A stretch of 64,000 bases of DNA. Source: a virus (lineage: Duplodnaviria > Heunggongvirae > Uroviricota > Caudoviricetes). Of this stretch, positions 39,599-49,821 are shown one piece after another. A program made the translations under genes and the position numbers. Position 1 is the stretch's first letter; every line of letters starts with the position of its first letter. Where the stretch lies: IMG/VR virus record IMGVR_UViG_3300032335_000499. One strand, written 5' to 3'. Below the pieces are notes generated by a model. That model was not told where the DNA came from. It was given only the letters and a program-made list of their open reading frames with translations, and did not search any database.

Positions 39599-40782
39599 AT
39601 AAAGATTTCTTATTGAATGATAGTGAAACATTTTGCATGTTGCCATGGATTCATATGATGATGATTCCAAATGGTAACATGTATCCTTGTTGCGTGTCCC
39701 CAATTCAATTTGAAACAGATGATGTTAATAATTATGGTACTATTAACGATGATTTTGCTGTAACGATTAACAATGAAAAGTTTAAGCAACTTAGACTTAA
39801 TATGCTCAACGAGGTAAAAACACCTACTTGCGAATTATGTTATAGAAACCCAGCTGGATATACGTTACGCGGCGAAATGAACCGAACGTTTGAACATGTA
39901 TTTGATGAAACTGTTCCTTTAACTAAAGAAGACGGTAGCATTGATAACTTCAAAATGCGTTATGTAGATTTCAGATTTAGTAATGTATGTAATTTCAAAT
40001 GCAGAATGTGTGGACCTGCGTATAGTTCATCGTGGCCTGAACTGCACACAAGCGGAAAACCTAGATTAGTTAAACCCGCTGACGATGCAAAGGCGCTCGA
40101 AAAATTGTTAGAGCATATTGACTACATCGAAGATATCTATTTTGCAGGTGGTGAACCACTGATGATGGATGAGCATTACATTGTACTAGAAGAATTGATA
40201 CGTCGAGGAAAGACACATGTTAACTTGCGATATAGTACTAACGCAAGCAAACTAACGCATCGCGGCACCAACGTTATTGATATGTGGAAACAATTTGATT
40301 CAGTACGCATAGCAGCAAGTATAGATCACTACGGAGAACGTGCTGAATACATCAGAACCGGCACTGATTGGGGAACAGTAGAAACTAACTTAAAATTCAT
40401 TCAACAATTACCAAATATATATTTTAGTATTAACAACACCGTTACTGTATATAACTATCTTACCCTTAATAAGTTCTACGAGTATATGATTAATAAGGGA
40501 TTACTGAGTAAGGAAACAATTAACAATCATATTTCTCATCATCTATGCTATGGTCCCCCGCATACTACTCCAATGATATTGCCTAAACATCTTAAGGATA
40601 TTGGTACTATTGCTAATAGTAAGTTGCCAATAGACTTATCAGACCACATTAATATAGTAAACGCAGAAGATATTTGGGAAGCTAATAAAGAAAATTTTCA
40701 GCATACTACTAGGTTGATAGACAACGCACGAGGAGAAAGCTTCGTAAAGATATTCCCAGAATTAGCGGAGATGATGGAATGA
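39595..40782 (+). CDS. N-terminal-twitch radical SAM protein
   Basis: FCMLPW..PCC..CELC, CNFKCRMC, AGGEP, YSTN. Confidence 0.9.
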   Translation: MNKDFLLNDSETFCMLPWIHMMMIPNGNMYPCCVSPIQFETDDVNNYGTINDDFAVTINNEKFKQLRLNMLNEVKTPTCELCYRNPAGYTLRGEMNRTFEHVFDETVPLTKEDGSIDNFKMRYVDFRFSNVCNFKCRMCGPAYSSSWPELHTSGKPRLVKPADDAKALEKLLEHIDYIEDIYFAGGEPLMMDEHYIVLEELIRRGKTHVNLRYSTNASKLTHRGTNVIDMWKQFDSVRIAASIDHYGERAEYIRTGTDWGTVETNLKFIQQLPNIYFSINNTVTVYNYLTLNKFYEYMINKGLLSKETINNHISHHLCYGPPHTTPMILPKHLKDIGTIANSKLPIDLSDHINIVNAEDIWEANKENFQHTTRLIDNARGESFVKIFPELAEMME

Positions 40783-41975
40783 AAAATAACTTCTGTATTT
40801 TGCCTTGGATACATATGCATATCTGGCCTAATGGGTCAGTATATCCTTGCTGTATGAGCGATACCGATCAAGCATTGGGTAACATCAATGATATGCCTAT
40901 CGATGAGGTAATCAATAGCGAAGAATTCAAAACGCTACGCAAGCAGTTTATGAATGATGAGAAGCCGGACATGTGTACACGATGCTTTGAGCTTGAAGAC
41001 ACTGCTGACACATGGACGCTACGTAAGAGCAGCTTAGAGACATTCAAACACTACCTGCCATTAGCAGAAGATACACAAGAAGACGGGACCATTGACGATT
41101 TCAAAATGCGTTACATGGACATTCGTTTTAGCAATCTATGCAACATGAAGTGCAGAACTTGCGGACCTGAATTAAGCAGCAAGTGGTATGACGATCAGAT
41201 TAAGTTGTTCCCTGGCTATGAGCGTCCTAAGTTCATTGACGTAAACAGTGCTGATGACTTTATGGGCAAACTAAAGCTACATTTAGATACAGTAGAAGAA
41301 GTTTATTTTGCTGGCGGCGAAGTATTAATTACTCCCCAGCATTATGAAGTGTTAGACTATTGGCTTGAGCGCAATCGTGATGACGTAAGACTACGTTACA
41401 CAACGAACTTTAGTAACTTGCGCCACAAGAAACGTTCAATGCTTGAATACTGGAAACTATTTAAAGATGTAAGAGTAGCAGCAAGCCTAGATACATTCGG
41501 TGAACGTGCAGAATATAGTCGTTTTGGCACAAATTGGAACGAGATTGTTGCTAATAGAAAAGAAATGATTGAATCTTGTCCCAATACTTACTTTGAATTA
41601 ACTCCTACTATTAGTATCTTTAGCGTATATAATCTATTTGAGTTTCATAAGACATGGGTAGAAGAAGGCTTATTAGACATTAACCATATTCGCATTAATA
41701 TATTGACACACCCTAGATATTTCTCTATGACTATTCTTCCGAAAGAATTAAAGGATAAAATCGCAGGGATATATAAAGAGTATGTTAAATGGTTGCGAGA
41801 AAATAATGCCTGGCGACATATTATCAAGGACGTTGAAGGGATTGTCGAACACATGTATAGTGCTGACCATTCGAATTTGATTCCAGATTTTATCAAGCAT
41901 GTTGAAGCTATTGACAATGTTCGCAATGAGAAATTTACAGAGATTTACCCGGAGTATAAAGACTTATGGACCTAA
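40779..41975 (+). CDS. N-terminal-twitch radical SAM protein
   Basis: FCILPW..PCC..CTRC, CNMKCRTC, AGGE, YTTN. Confidence 0.9.
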   Translation: MKNNFCILPWIHMHIWPNGSVYPCCMSDTDQALGNINDMPIDEVINSEEFKTLRKQFMNDEKPDMCTRCFELEDTADTWTLRKSSLETFKHYLPLAEDTQEDGTIDDFKMRYMDIRFSNLCNMKCRTCGPELSSKWYDDQIKLFPGYERPKFIDVNSADDFMGKLKLHLDTVEEVYFAGGEVLITPQHYEVLDYWLERNRDDVRLRYTTNFSNLRHKKRSMLEYWKLFKDVRVAASLDTFGERAEYSRFGTNWNEIVANRKEMIESCPNTYFELTPTISIFSVYNLFEFHKTWVEEGLLDINHIRINILTHPRYFSMTILPKELKDKIAGIYKEYVKWLRENNAWRHIIKDVEGIVEHMYSADHSNLIPDFIKHVEAIDNVRNEKFTEIYPEYKDLWT

Positions 41976-43342
41976 CCCCAATCTCAGTTCCTGCTGAGCT
42001 TCCAAAGATTTCTAAAGTAGATTGGATGGCAAAGAACATGAACAAGTTCTGTGTCCTGCCCTGGATCAATCTACATACTGCACCTGACGGCAAAGTAAAA
42101 CTATGCTGTAGCATTCAGTACAGTAGCTTTGTTACTAACGCGGTCGATACTCCATTCAACTTTGGATATGATAGCATTGAAAGCATTTGGAACAGTGGCA
42201 ATATGCGCTACACTCGTGAAATGCATAGAGCTAACAAAGCGTTTTCGGCTTGTTACGAATGTTATAACGTAGAAAAGATTTCAGGCCATAGTCCTCGTAT
42301 GGGTCAGAATGAAGAATGGCTCAAGCGCAAAGAAAAGGATGAGTTCACTGCTGAGGTAGTAGATGATATTTCCCGTGAAGATGTTATCGATTTAGATAAT
42401 CTCCCCATCAGTCTTGAGCTACGATTAGGTAATCTGTGTAATCTACAGTGTATCACTTGCTATGGTTTAAGTAGCGCACCCATATATGATGAGAGGGCGA
42501 GACTATTAGAGCAGGGAGCAGTAGATGGTCCGGAGCATAAGTTCTTAAAGACAATGTGGAAGCACGAAAAGGATTTAGTCGATGCTACTGATGTAAAGAA
42601 TTGGTACGAGACTGACATGTTCTATGAGAACTTCCGTAAAGTTGCACCAAAGCTAAAGCGGCTTTATACTACTGGCGGAGAACCTACACTAATTAAAGCC
42701 AATTATAAGATGATGCAGATGTTATTGGATGCAGGCAATACTGACTGTGCTATTGAATTCACTAGCAACATGGTGGCTTGGAACTACGAATTCTACAGTA
42801 GACTAGAAAAGTTTAAGAACGTAGAAATTCAGATGAGTCTTGATGGAGCAGGCGATGTCGGTGCTTATGTTCGATATCCTAGTGATATGAATAGAGTCAA
42901 AGAGAATGTTATGAAGGCTGTGGAAATGGCTTCGTCTAGACCCAATTGGAAAATCAAGTGTTATACAGTGTTGCAAGCGTTGAATTATCGTCACATTGTG
43001 CCGGTTTGGGAAATGCTGAGAGAAGCAGCAGACACACATGCTAAGCACATTGATTGGTGGCCAATCACACTGTACTCTCCTCCCCAGCTTTCCTTAGCTG
43101 CAATTCCAATGGAAGCCAGACTATTATATCTTAAAGAGTTTAAGCTATTAGCAGCAGAATTTAATTCTACAGTAAGTTACTTTAGAATCAGTGAAAATAC
43201 TATGACACCTTGCATTGACTCTATTAAGAACCCAGAATATGATCCTGAGTTGCATGAAAATCTAATACGATACGTTAAGGTATTAGATAAGTCTAGAGAT
43301 ATCAGCGGGATAGAATTATTTAAAACGGAATTAGTAAAATGA
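41966..43342 (+). CDS. N-terminal-twitch radical SAM protein
   Basis: FCVLPW..LCC..CYEC, CNLQCITC, TGGEP, FTSN. Confidence 0.9.
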   Translation: MDLTPISVPAELPKISKVDWMAKNMNKFCVLPWINLHTAPDGKVKLCCSIQYSSFVTNAVDTPFNFGYDSIESIWNSGNMRYTREMHRANKAFSACYECYNVEKISGHSPRMGQNEEWLKRKEKDEFTAEVVDDISREDVIDLDNLPISLELRLGNLCNLQCITCYGLSSAPIYDERARLLEQGAVDGPEHKFLKTMWKHEKDLVDATDVKNWYETDMFYENFRKVAPKLKRLYTTGGEPTLIKANYKMMQMLLDAGNTDCAIEFTSNMVAWNYEFYSRLEKFKNVEIQMSLDGAGDVGAYVRYPSDMNRVKENVMKAVEMASSRPNWKIKCYTVLQALNYRHIVPVWEMLREAADTHAKHIDWWPITLYSPPQLSLAAIPMEARLLYLKEFKLLAAEFNSTVSYFRISENTMTPCIDSIKNPEYDPELHENLIRYVKVLDKSRDISGIELFKTELVK

Positions 43343-44328
43343 GTGAAGTAGATATTGTACAAGAAGAATTAGTTGCAATTAAGCCGATAGACCAGCCTTA
43401 TGTAAGTATTACGTGGCAAGTAAGTGACTTCTGCAACTATAAATGTTCTTACTGTAACCCTGGCAACTGGGCCGGTAAGAATAAAAGAGACGATGGCTTT
43501 GAAGAAATCATCAGTAACTTAAAGATTGTTATTGACAACTACAAAGCGCGGGGATATAAAGGATTTAAATTCTATTTCAGTGGGGGCGAACCTACAGTAT
43601 GGCCGCATTTAATTCCATTAATTAAATGGTTAAAGACTGAGATTGATGATCCGCACATCGGTATTAATACTAATCTAAGCCGTGCTACTAAATGGTGGGA
43701 AGAACATTATACACTGTTTCACGACATCGTTGCAAGCTTTCACATTGATTTCGCTGACCAAGAACGCTACATGACAAATCTATTATTCCTGCAGGATAAG
43801 GTTAACTATCTATGCTCTCGTATGATGATGCAAGAAGATAGATTCCAAGAAGTAATCGACTACGGCCAAAAGGTCAAAGAAACCTGTAAGAACTACAATG
43901 TAGAGTGGGTGCCGCTGTTTGACGATATTACAGTTAACGCAGGTCCTTGGGAATATGGCGAGAAGTGGATGACTGACTTCTTTGTGAAAAACTCATTCGA
44001 GAGTCAGCAAAGGTTACCTAAGCCTGAAGGCAGTAAGTGGAATACATCTAGTAAAGAAGTCTATATGAGCGGGCGTGAACTATCACTTAACGGTAATAGA
44101 ATCGTAGCAGAAAGACGCAACTTCTTCCGCGGATGGAAGTGCAACGTTGATGAATCATTGTTCATCGATACAATAGGAAACATCACTGCTGCTAGCTGCG
44201 GTCAAGGTCCTAAGATGGGTAACATCTACAGTGAAGTCAATCTAGTATCAGAGCCTATTATCTGCGGAAAGATACAGTGTACATGCGGTACTGATATTCT
44301 TATTACTAAGGAAAAAAATAATGGCTGA
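43339..44328 (+). CDS. radical SAM protein with C-terminal twitch/SPASM-like Cys cluster
   Basis: CNYKCSYC, SGGEP, INTN; C-terminal WKC...SC...ICGKIQCTC. Confidence 0.9.
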   Translation: MSEVDIVQEELVAIKPIDQPYVSITWQVSDFCNYKCSYCNPGNWAGKNKRDDGFEEIISNLKIVIDNYKARGYKGFKFYFSGGEPTVWPHLIPLIKWLKTEIDDPHIGINTNLSRATKWWEEHYTLFHDIVASFHIDFADQERYMTNLLFLQDKVNYLCSRMMMQEDRFQEVIDYGQKVKETCKNYNVEWVPLFDDITVNAGPWEYGEKWMTDFFVKNSFESQQRLPKPEGSKWNTSSKEVYMSGRELSLNGNRIVAERRNFFRGWKCNVDESLFIDTIGNITAASCGQGPKMGNIYSEVNLVSEPIICGKIQCTCGTDILITKEKNNG

Positions 44329-44656
44329 GCTTGCCCCGACAATATTGCCGCATGGCGAGTTGCACGAGGCGATAACCGCCGCGCTTAAGGAAATCTATGA
44401 TCCGGAAATTCCAGTAAATATATACGACCTAGGTCTGATTTACAATATTGAGATCAATGATAATAACCATGCTGTCATTTCGATGACACTGACTACGCCG
44501 AATTGCCCGGTTGCAGAATCGATGCCCGGCGACGTTGAGCAGCGGGTTAGCATAGTGCCCGGAATCAGCAGCGCCGAAGTGAACTTAGTTTGGGAGCCTG
44601 CATGGGATCCGGACAAGATTACTGATGACGCCAAACTAGAGCTTGGAATGTTATGA
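44321..44656 (+). CDS. sufT: SufT-like (DUF59) Fe-S cluster assembly protein
   Basis: ALKEIYDPEIPVNIYDLGLIY, MTLTTPNCPVA, LVWEPAWD...AKLELG. Confidence 0.9.
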   Translation: MAELAPTILPHGELHEAITAALKEIYDPEIPVNIYDLGLIYNIEINDNNHAVISMTLTTPNCPVAESMPGDVEQRVSIVPGISSAEVNLVWEPAWDPDKITDDAKLELGML

Positions 44657-45906
44657 CTAAACCACTCTATTGCGCTCTAGCATTTAACAGTATTAGCTTT
44701 GGCGCACACGGTGGCAGTAGACCTTGTTGTGCGGTCGATACATATTATTGGAGCGAGACTAAGAATAAGTTATCTGAGTATGATAATGAATTGTTGCCGT
44801 GGTTTAATAATAAAGAAATGGTTGATTTACGTCAAGATTTATTAGATGGTAAATGGAATCCTATCTGCAATCTATGTAAGATTCGTGAAGATGCCGGACA
44901 GCCTAGTACTAGAGAAATCTTTAACGAGACACTAAGCCATGTTGAAGAACGCACAGGCAGAGATTGGCACGAGACTACTGCTGAGATTGATGACTTAGAT
45001 AACATCTTTCTATTAGATATCACCGTCGGCAACAAGTGTAACAGCGCCTGTTTAATGTGTAATAGCAGCGCAAGCACATTGTGGCTGAAAGAGCAGACTG
45101 ATCTTAACGGTGGAAAACCGCCGTGGAAGCTAGACCCCATGTGGTTTGCAGATGAGCATGTACCTAATCTAGTAGACAATCTAACTAATCTAACAGACAT
45201 TCAATTTGTCGGCGGCGAACCAACAATTAACGATGACCATGTTGCGTTACTAGAAAGACTTATCGAACAAGATAGAGCTAAGGATATTAGTTTAGGGTAC
45301 GTCACTAACTTAACCAATATTAGTAAAGAGTTAACTGAACTATGGCATCACTTTGGTACAAAGCACATTACTATATCTGTTGATGGCGTAGGCAAAGTAA
45401 ATGAGTATCAGAGATATCCATTTACTTGGCAAAAGGTTGTATCACAGTTAGAGAATATTAAAAATATTACTAACACTGGTACGTTCTTTGTTGGACTTAG
45501 CTTAACTGTAACTAGTATGAACATATTAAAGCTAGATGAAGTTATTGAATGGTGGGAAGACCAAGTACTAAGCAATAGCTCGTTTCAAACATCGCTTCCG
45601 CATATTCAATGTGTAAACAATCCTTATAAGTTTGACCCACTATATATGCCTATGCAGATGAAGCTAGACTGTGAACTCACTATGCAACGCATCGAAGCAC
45701 TATGCGAACGTAGAGGATTAGGCGACAAATATGCACCTGCTATTCATAACATTAGAACTAATATTCTACAGAAGGAAGCCAGCGCAAAAGAAAGAAATCG
45801 TCATTGGGATGCAATGAAAGTATTTGTCAATAGACTTGATGTATATCGCAAGAGAAACATTTTTGATTACTTGCCGTTTATGGAAAAATACTGGGACTTA
45901 AAATGA
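44653..45906 (+). CDS. N-terminal-twitch radical SAM protein
   Basis: YCALAF..PCC..CNLC, CNSACLMC, VGGEP, YVTN. Confidence 0.9.
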   Translation: MTKPLYCALAFNSISFGAHGGSRPCCAVDTYYWSETKNKLSEYDNELLPWFNNKEMVDLRQDLLDGKWNPICNLCKIREDAGQPSTREIFNETLSHVEERTGRDWHETTAEIDDLDNIFLLDITVGNKCNSACLMCNSSASTLWLKEQTDLNGGKPPWKLDPMWFADEHVPNLVDNLTNLTDIQFVGGEPTINDDHVALLERLIEQDRAKDISLGYVTNLTNISKELTELWHHFGTKHITISVDGVGKVNEYQRYPFTWQKVVSQLENIKNITNTGTFFVGLSLTVTSMNILKLDEVIEWWEDQVLSNSSFQTSLPHIQCVNNPYKFDPLYMPMQMKLDCELTMQRIEALCERRGLGDKYAPAIHNIRTNILQKEASAKERNRHWDAMKVFVNRLDVYRKRNIFDYLPFMEKYWDLK

Positions 45907-46583
45907 AAATAGTTGGATTTGGTGATAGTTTTATTACTCCTAACGACCTACACTATTCCTATACTAACCTAATTGCTGCACATTTTAACACTACATTTGC
46001 ATCATACGCTCTTCAAGGCTCGGGTGCATGGGATGCGTACTTTCAATTAGAAAAGTATTTAAAGGATAATCCAGCTCCAGATGTTGTGTTATTTGCTTGG
46101 TCAGCTTCCGGGAGATTATATCATCCAGATATTAGAAATTTGTGCTACAGTTCTGTAGTAGTAAATTCCGTAGCACCGAAGATGCCTTCCGACAATCCAT
46201 TAATAGAAGCAGCTAAAACATACTATCGATATTTACATGATCCCATTAAAGCAGATATGGAACACCGTTGCTTGTATTACTGGATAGACACTGTATTAGT
46301 TCCAAAGTACCCAAACACTAAATTCATACATATGTGGGGCTTCCCTAATAACGCATGTGATTTCGGCAAGCCTGCTAAGATGGAATATCTACACGAGTTT
46401 ACCACTGCGGTCGAACTTAGACCTGCACTGGTACATCTTAGCTATATAGATGAGTGGCCGGGTGATTTGAGTAAAGAAACTAGGTGCCATCATATGACTC
46501 CTAAGATGCATAGAATTCTTGCTGACACTATCATTGCTGCAATTGAAGACTATAAACCCGGCTTACTAAATATCAAGCTATGA
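45903..46583 (+). CDS. SGNH/GDSL-like acyl hydrolase or acyltransferase
   Basis: N-terminal VGFGDSF, GSG block and C-terminal His motif (HHMT). Confidence 0.55.
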   Translation: MKIVGFGDSFITPNDLHYSYTNLIAAHFNTTFASYALQGSGAWDAYFQLEKYLKDNPAPDVVLFAWSASGRLYHPDIRNLCYSSVVVNSVAPKMPSDNPLIEAAKTYYRYLHDPIKADMEHRCLYYWIDTVLVPKYPNTKFIHMWGFPNNACDFGKPAKMEYLHEFTTAVELRPALVHLSYIDEWPGDLSKETRCHHMTPKMHRILADTIIAAIEDYKPGLLNIKL

Positions 46584-47797
46584 CAATTTTAAATAAAGAT
46601 GCACTATACTACTTAGGAACACCTTGGAATGGCGAACCATTCAAAGAGATTCGTAATGACGAATTCATGTGGCAATCGTATGAAGACAGTGAAGATTTAT
46701 TTTATTGCTTTGGGTTTGGTAATTCCGATGCCTTCTCTATATTTCCGCTAGATACACTATTAACAACAGAACAAATTAATCAGATTAGAACAGGAGAGGC
46801 GTCACTAGCTATATCTAATAGTCACGAGGCGTTTCATTATATTGTTCCTATACTCTATCAAACTCTAGCTATCCAATATGATATCCCACCCGAACATATC
46901 ATATTGATATCTGAATCTGCTGATATCGCTTCACATATTACGATAGTTAGCAGTGAGCTTAACATGAGTGCGTTTAGATCACGCTGGGTACGTAGATTTG
47001 AGTATGATATTAAGATTAATCGATTGATTATGGGTTTTGATGGTCCTCCCTACGTTAACGGGGAACCCGGCATTAAGCTGCCAGAAACAATTACGCTAGA
47101 GAGTAAGCACTATGACAAGAAGTTTTTGTGCTTTAATCGCAGATGGCGCGGCAATCGCACAGTACTTGTATCGTTGTTACACGCATTAGATTTATTAAAA
47201 CATGGCCATGTTAGTTTGGGTAAGTCAGGTGACGATAGAGATTGGCTTTCCGCATCTAGTCGTGGAAAATACTTTATGGACAATAATCCAAAAGCAATAT
47301 CATTACTAGATAGCGTACAAGAAGAACTGGTTACTTCTTTCCCTGATTTATATCTAGATAGTGAAGATTTACTCACTAATAAAGCAGTACTAGATGCATC
47401 CACTAATTACCTATACAACGAGACTTACTTTAGTGTAGTAACAGAAACACTCTTTTTCAGAAAAGAAAGACCGGATGATTATGGAAGATTTCTAAGCGAA
47501 AAGACATTCAAGCCCGTAGCAATGAAGCATCCTTTTATTATAGTATCTACTCCTAACTTCTTAGAGAAGTTCAAAGAGATTGGTTACAAGTCATTTAGTC
47601 CTTGGATTAATGAAGACTATGATAAAGAAGACGATGACGCCACAAGAATGATGATGATTGTGCGAGAGATTGGGAGATTAGTCAACCTATCTGCTGAGGA
47701 ACTTGAAGAATTCTTAGTAGCAATGCGTGACATTTGTGAGCATAACTATCAGTTACTCACGAATAAGCAGCTACATGAATTTTATATGGACCTTTAA
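46580..47797 (+). CDS. glycosyltransferase-like protein (GT-B, GT10/GT47-like C-terminal domain)
   Basis: KKFLCFNRR, YFSVVTET, FLSEKTFKP...HPFI, GYKSF...EDYD, EHNY. Confidence 0.55.
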   Translation: MTILNKDALYYLGTPWNGEPFKEIRNDEFMWQSYEDSEDLFYCFGFGNSDAFSIFPLDTLLTTEQINQIRTGEASLAISNSHEAFHYIVPILYQTLAIQYDIPPEHIILISESADIASHITIVSSELNMSAFRSRWVRRFEYDIKINRLIMGFDGPPYVNGEPGIKLPETITLESKHYDKKFLCFNRRWRGNRTVLVSLLHALDLLKHGHVSLGKSGDDRDWLSASSRGKYFMDNNPKAISLLDSVQEELVTSFPDLYLDSEDLLTNKAVLDASTNYLYNETYFSVVTETLFFRKERPDDYGRFLSEKTFKPVAMKHPFIIVSTPNFLEKFKEIGYKSFSPWINEDYDKEDDDATRMMMIVREIGRLVNLSAEELEEFLVAMRDICEHNYQLLTNKQLHEFYMDL

Positions 47798-47799
47798 AC

Positions 47800-48597
47800 A
47801 TGATTGAAAATATTGACCTATCAAAATACAAGAGATTATTTACTATTGGCTGTAGCTTTACTGAGTATATATACCCTACGTGGGCAAACATATTGAGTAA
47901 GTCAATGCCCGATGCAGAATTTTATAACTTAGGATTGTCCGGCGCAAGCAACCCCTTCATTGCTAACCGGCTAGTAGAAGCTAATCTTAAGTTTAAGTTA
48001 TGTGAGACAGATTTAGTAATCATCATGTGGACAACTACGTGCAGAGAAACACATTATGTGCGAGGAAGATGGTTCACTCCCGGCAACATCTTCAATCAGG
48101 ATATATATGGTAAAGATTTTGTTGATAAGTTTGCTGATCCTGACGGCTATCTAATTCGTGACTTAGCTACAATTGAAATAACCACATCATACGCTAACAA
48201 TCTATCGTGCGATTATATAGGGTTATTGTCTACACCCATGGCCTTTAAGGATCCAACCAATGGGATACCCTCATATGATTTAGCTAACGAGATTCTTGAC
48301 ACACACAAAGACTTGCTATCAACATTCCCTAAGTCAATGTTTGAGCTTGAAATGAATAATCACTGGGACACAAGCTGCTCATATCGTAGTGATACGTTTT
48401 CGGGAGTACGTGCCGATTATCATCCGACCCCAACAAGATATTGTAATTATTTAATTAAGTTAGGTCTTCCTATTACACAAGACGCTATTGACTATGCAGA
48501 AGAATGCTCTCAGTTACTAGCTACACTTACCCATCGTAGTGAATTTGCTACTTTGTTCCCACAATGTCATAATTATAAAGCTCCGGGTGTTTGGTAA
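47800..48597 (+). CDS. SGNH/GDSL-like protein
   Basis: FTIGCSFT, NLGLSGASN and DYHPT (D-x-H-P). Confidence 0.55.
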   Translation: MIENIDLSKYKRLFTIGCSFTEYIYPTWANILSKSMPDAEFYNLGLSGASNPFIANRLVEANLKFKLCETDLVIIMWTTTCRETHYVRGRWFTPGNIFNQDIYGKDFVDKFADPDGYLIRDLATIEITTSYANNLSCDYIGLLSTPMAFKDPTNGIPSYDLANEILDTHKDLLSTFPKSMFELEMNNHWDTSCSYRSDTFSGVRADYHPTPTRYCNYLIKLGLPITQDAIDYAEECSQLLATLTHRSEFATLFPQCHNYKAPGVW

Positions 48598-48620
48598 AAA
48601 TAACCGCGCATATCTAAACA

Positions 48621-48628
48621 ATTAAATA
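48621..48628 (+). promoter_or_regulatory. late-promoter-like motif ATTAAATA, 5 nt before ATG
   Basis: TAAATA core in an intergenic gap; no Shine-Dalgarno before ATG 48634. Confidence 0.45.
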
Positions 48629-48633
48629 TTGTT

Positions 48634-49821
48634 ATGACAAAAGTAGCGATGATCGGTGTCGGCAAGTTAGGACAAGACTGTGCCGAAGTAATGGCAGAGC
48701 AGTATGATGTTGTAGGGTATGACGTAGAACCTCGTAACCCAGCATTTCCTATGATGCCATCAGTACAGGAAGCAGTAACGGATAGAGATATTATCTTTAT
48801 TGCTGCTCCCACTCCGCATGACCCAATGTATGGCGGTGAAACACCTACTAGTCATCTACCTAATAAAGACTTTGACTATACAATTGTTATGGATATCCTA
48901 ACTGAAGTTAACAAGTACGTAAATCAAAATCAATTAGTAGTATTAATCAGTACAGTACTTCCTGGCACGGTGCGCAGTCAATTGCGCCCATGCATTACTA
49001 ATGCACGATTCATTTATAATCCGTATCTTATTGCAATGGGCACAACTAAGCATGACATGGTCAATCCAGAAATGCTTATTATAGGAACCGAAGATGGTTC
49101 AACTACCGGCGATGCAAAAGAATTAATTGACTTCTATGCTCCATTAATGAACAATTCCCCGCGGGTTGAATTGGGTACATGGGACGAAGCAGAAGCTATT
49201 AAGATTTTCTACAATACGTTTATCTCTACTAAAGTTGCAATCGTTAACATGATTCAGGATGTTGCTGAAAAGAACGGCAACATGAATGTTGATGTAGTTA
49301 CTAATGCATTAGCTAACAGCACATATCGTATTACTGGTCCTGCATATATGACTGCGGGTATGGGTGACGGCGGCGCTTGTCATCCTCGTGATAACATTGC
49401 ATTACGTTATATGGCAGAAGAACTAGACCTAGGATATGATTTGTTTGATGCTATCATGAGAGCAAGAGAAGTTCAAGCAGAGAACATGGCTAAGACATTA
49501 CTTAAGTATGGCAAGAACGTAACCATTATTGGCAAGGCATATAAGCCCGGCGTACATTATACAAATGGTAGCTCAAGCATGTTAGTGGGTCACTATGTTG
49601 AACAATATGGTGGCGTTGTTAACTACTATGATGAACACACTGGTGATACTGATCTTGAAGAAGGCTGGACAGAAGTATATCTGATTGGCTATTGGGATAA
49701 GTATGTTGAGAACTTAACATTCAGTGCTGAGAACATTGCAACTTTTATTGATCCATGGCGCAAGCTATCAACAGACAAAGTATCGGGACATGTAATTCAT
49801 TATGGAAACACTCGTGGATAA
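48634..49821 (+). CDS. ugd: UDP-glucose/GDP-mannose 6-dehydrogenase family protein
   Basis: GVGKLG Rossmann motif, PTP, STVLPGT, EAIKIFYN, GGACHPRD (catalytic Cys), AYKP. Confidence 0.85.
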   Translation: MTKVAMIGVGKLGQDCAEVMAEQYDVVGYDVEPRNPAFPMMPSVQEAVTDRDIIFIAAPTPHDPMYGGETPTSHLPNKDFDYTIVMDILTEVNKYVNQNQLVVLISTVLPGTVRSQLRPCITNARFIYNPYLIAMGTTKHDMVNPEMLIIGTEDGSTTGDAKELIDFYAPLMNNSPRVELGTWDEAEAIKIFYNTFISTKVAIVNMIQDVAEKNGNMNVDVVTNALANSTYRITGPAYMTAGMGDGGACHPRDNIALRYMAEELDLGYDLFDAIMRAREVQAENMAKTLLKYGKNVTIIGKAYKPGVHYTNGSSSMLVGHYVEQYGGVVNYYDEHTGDTDLEEGWTEVYLIGYWDKYVENLTFSAENIATFIDPWRKLSTDKVSGHVIHYGNTRG

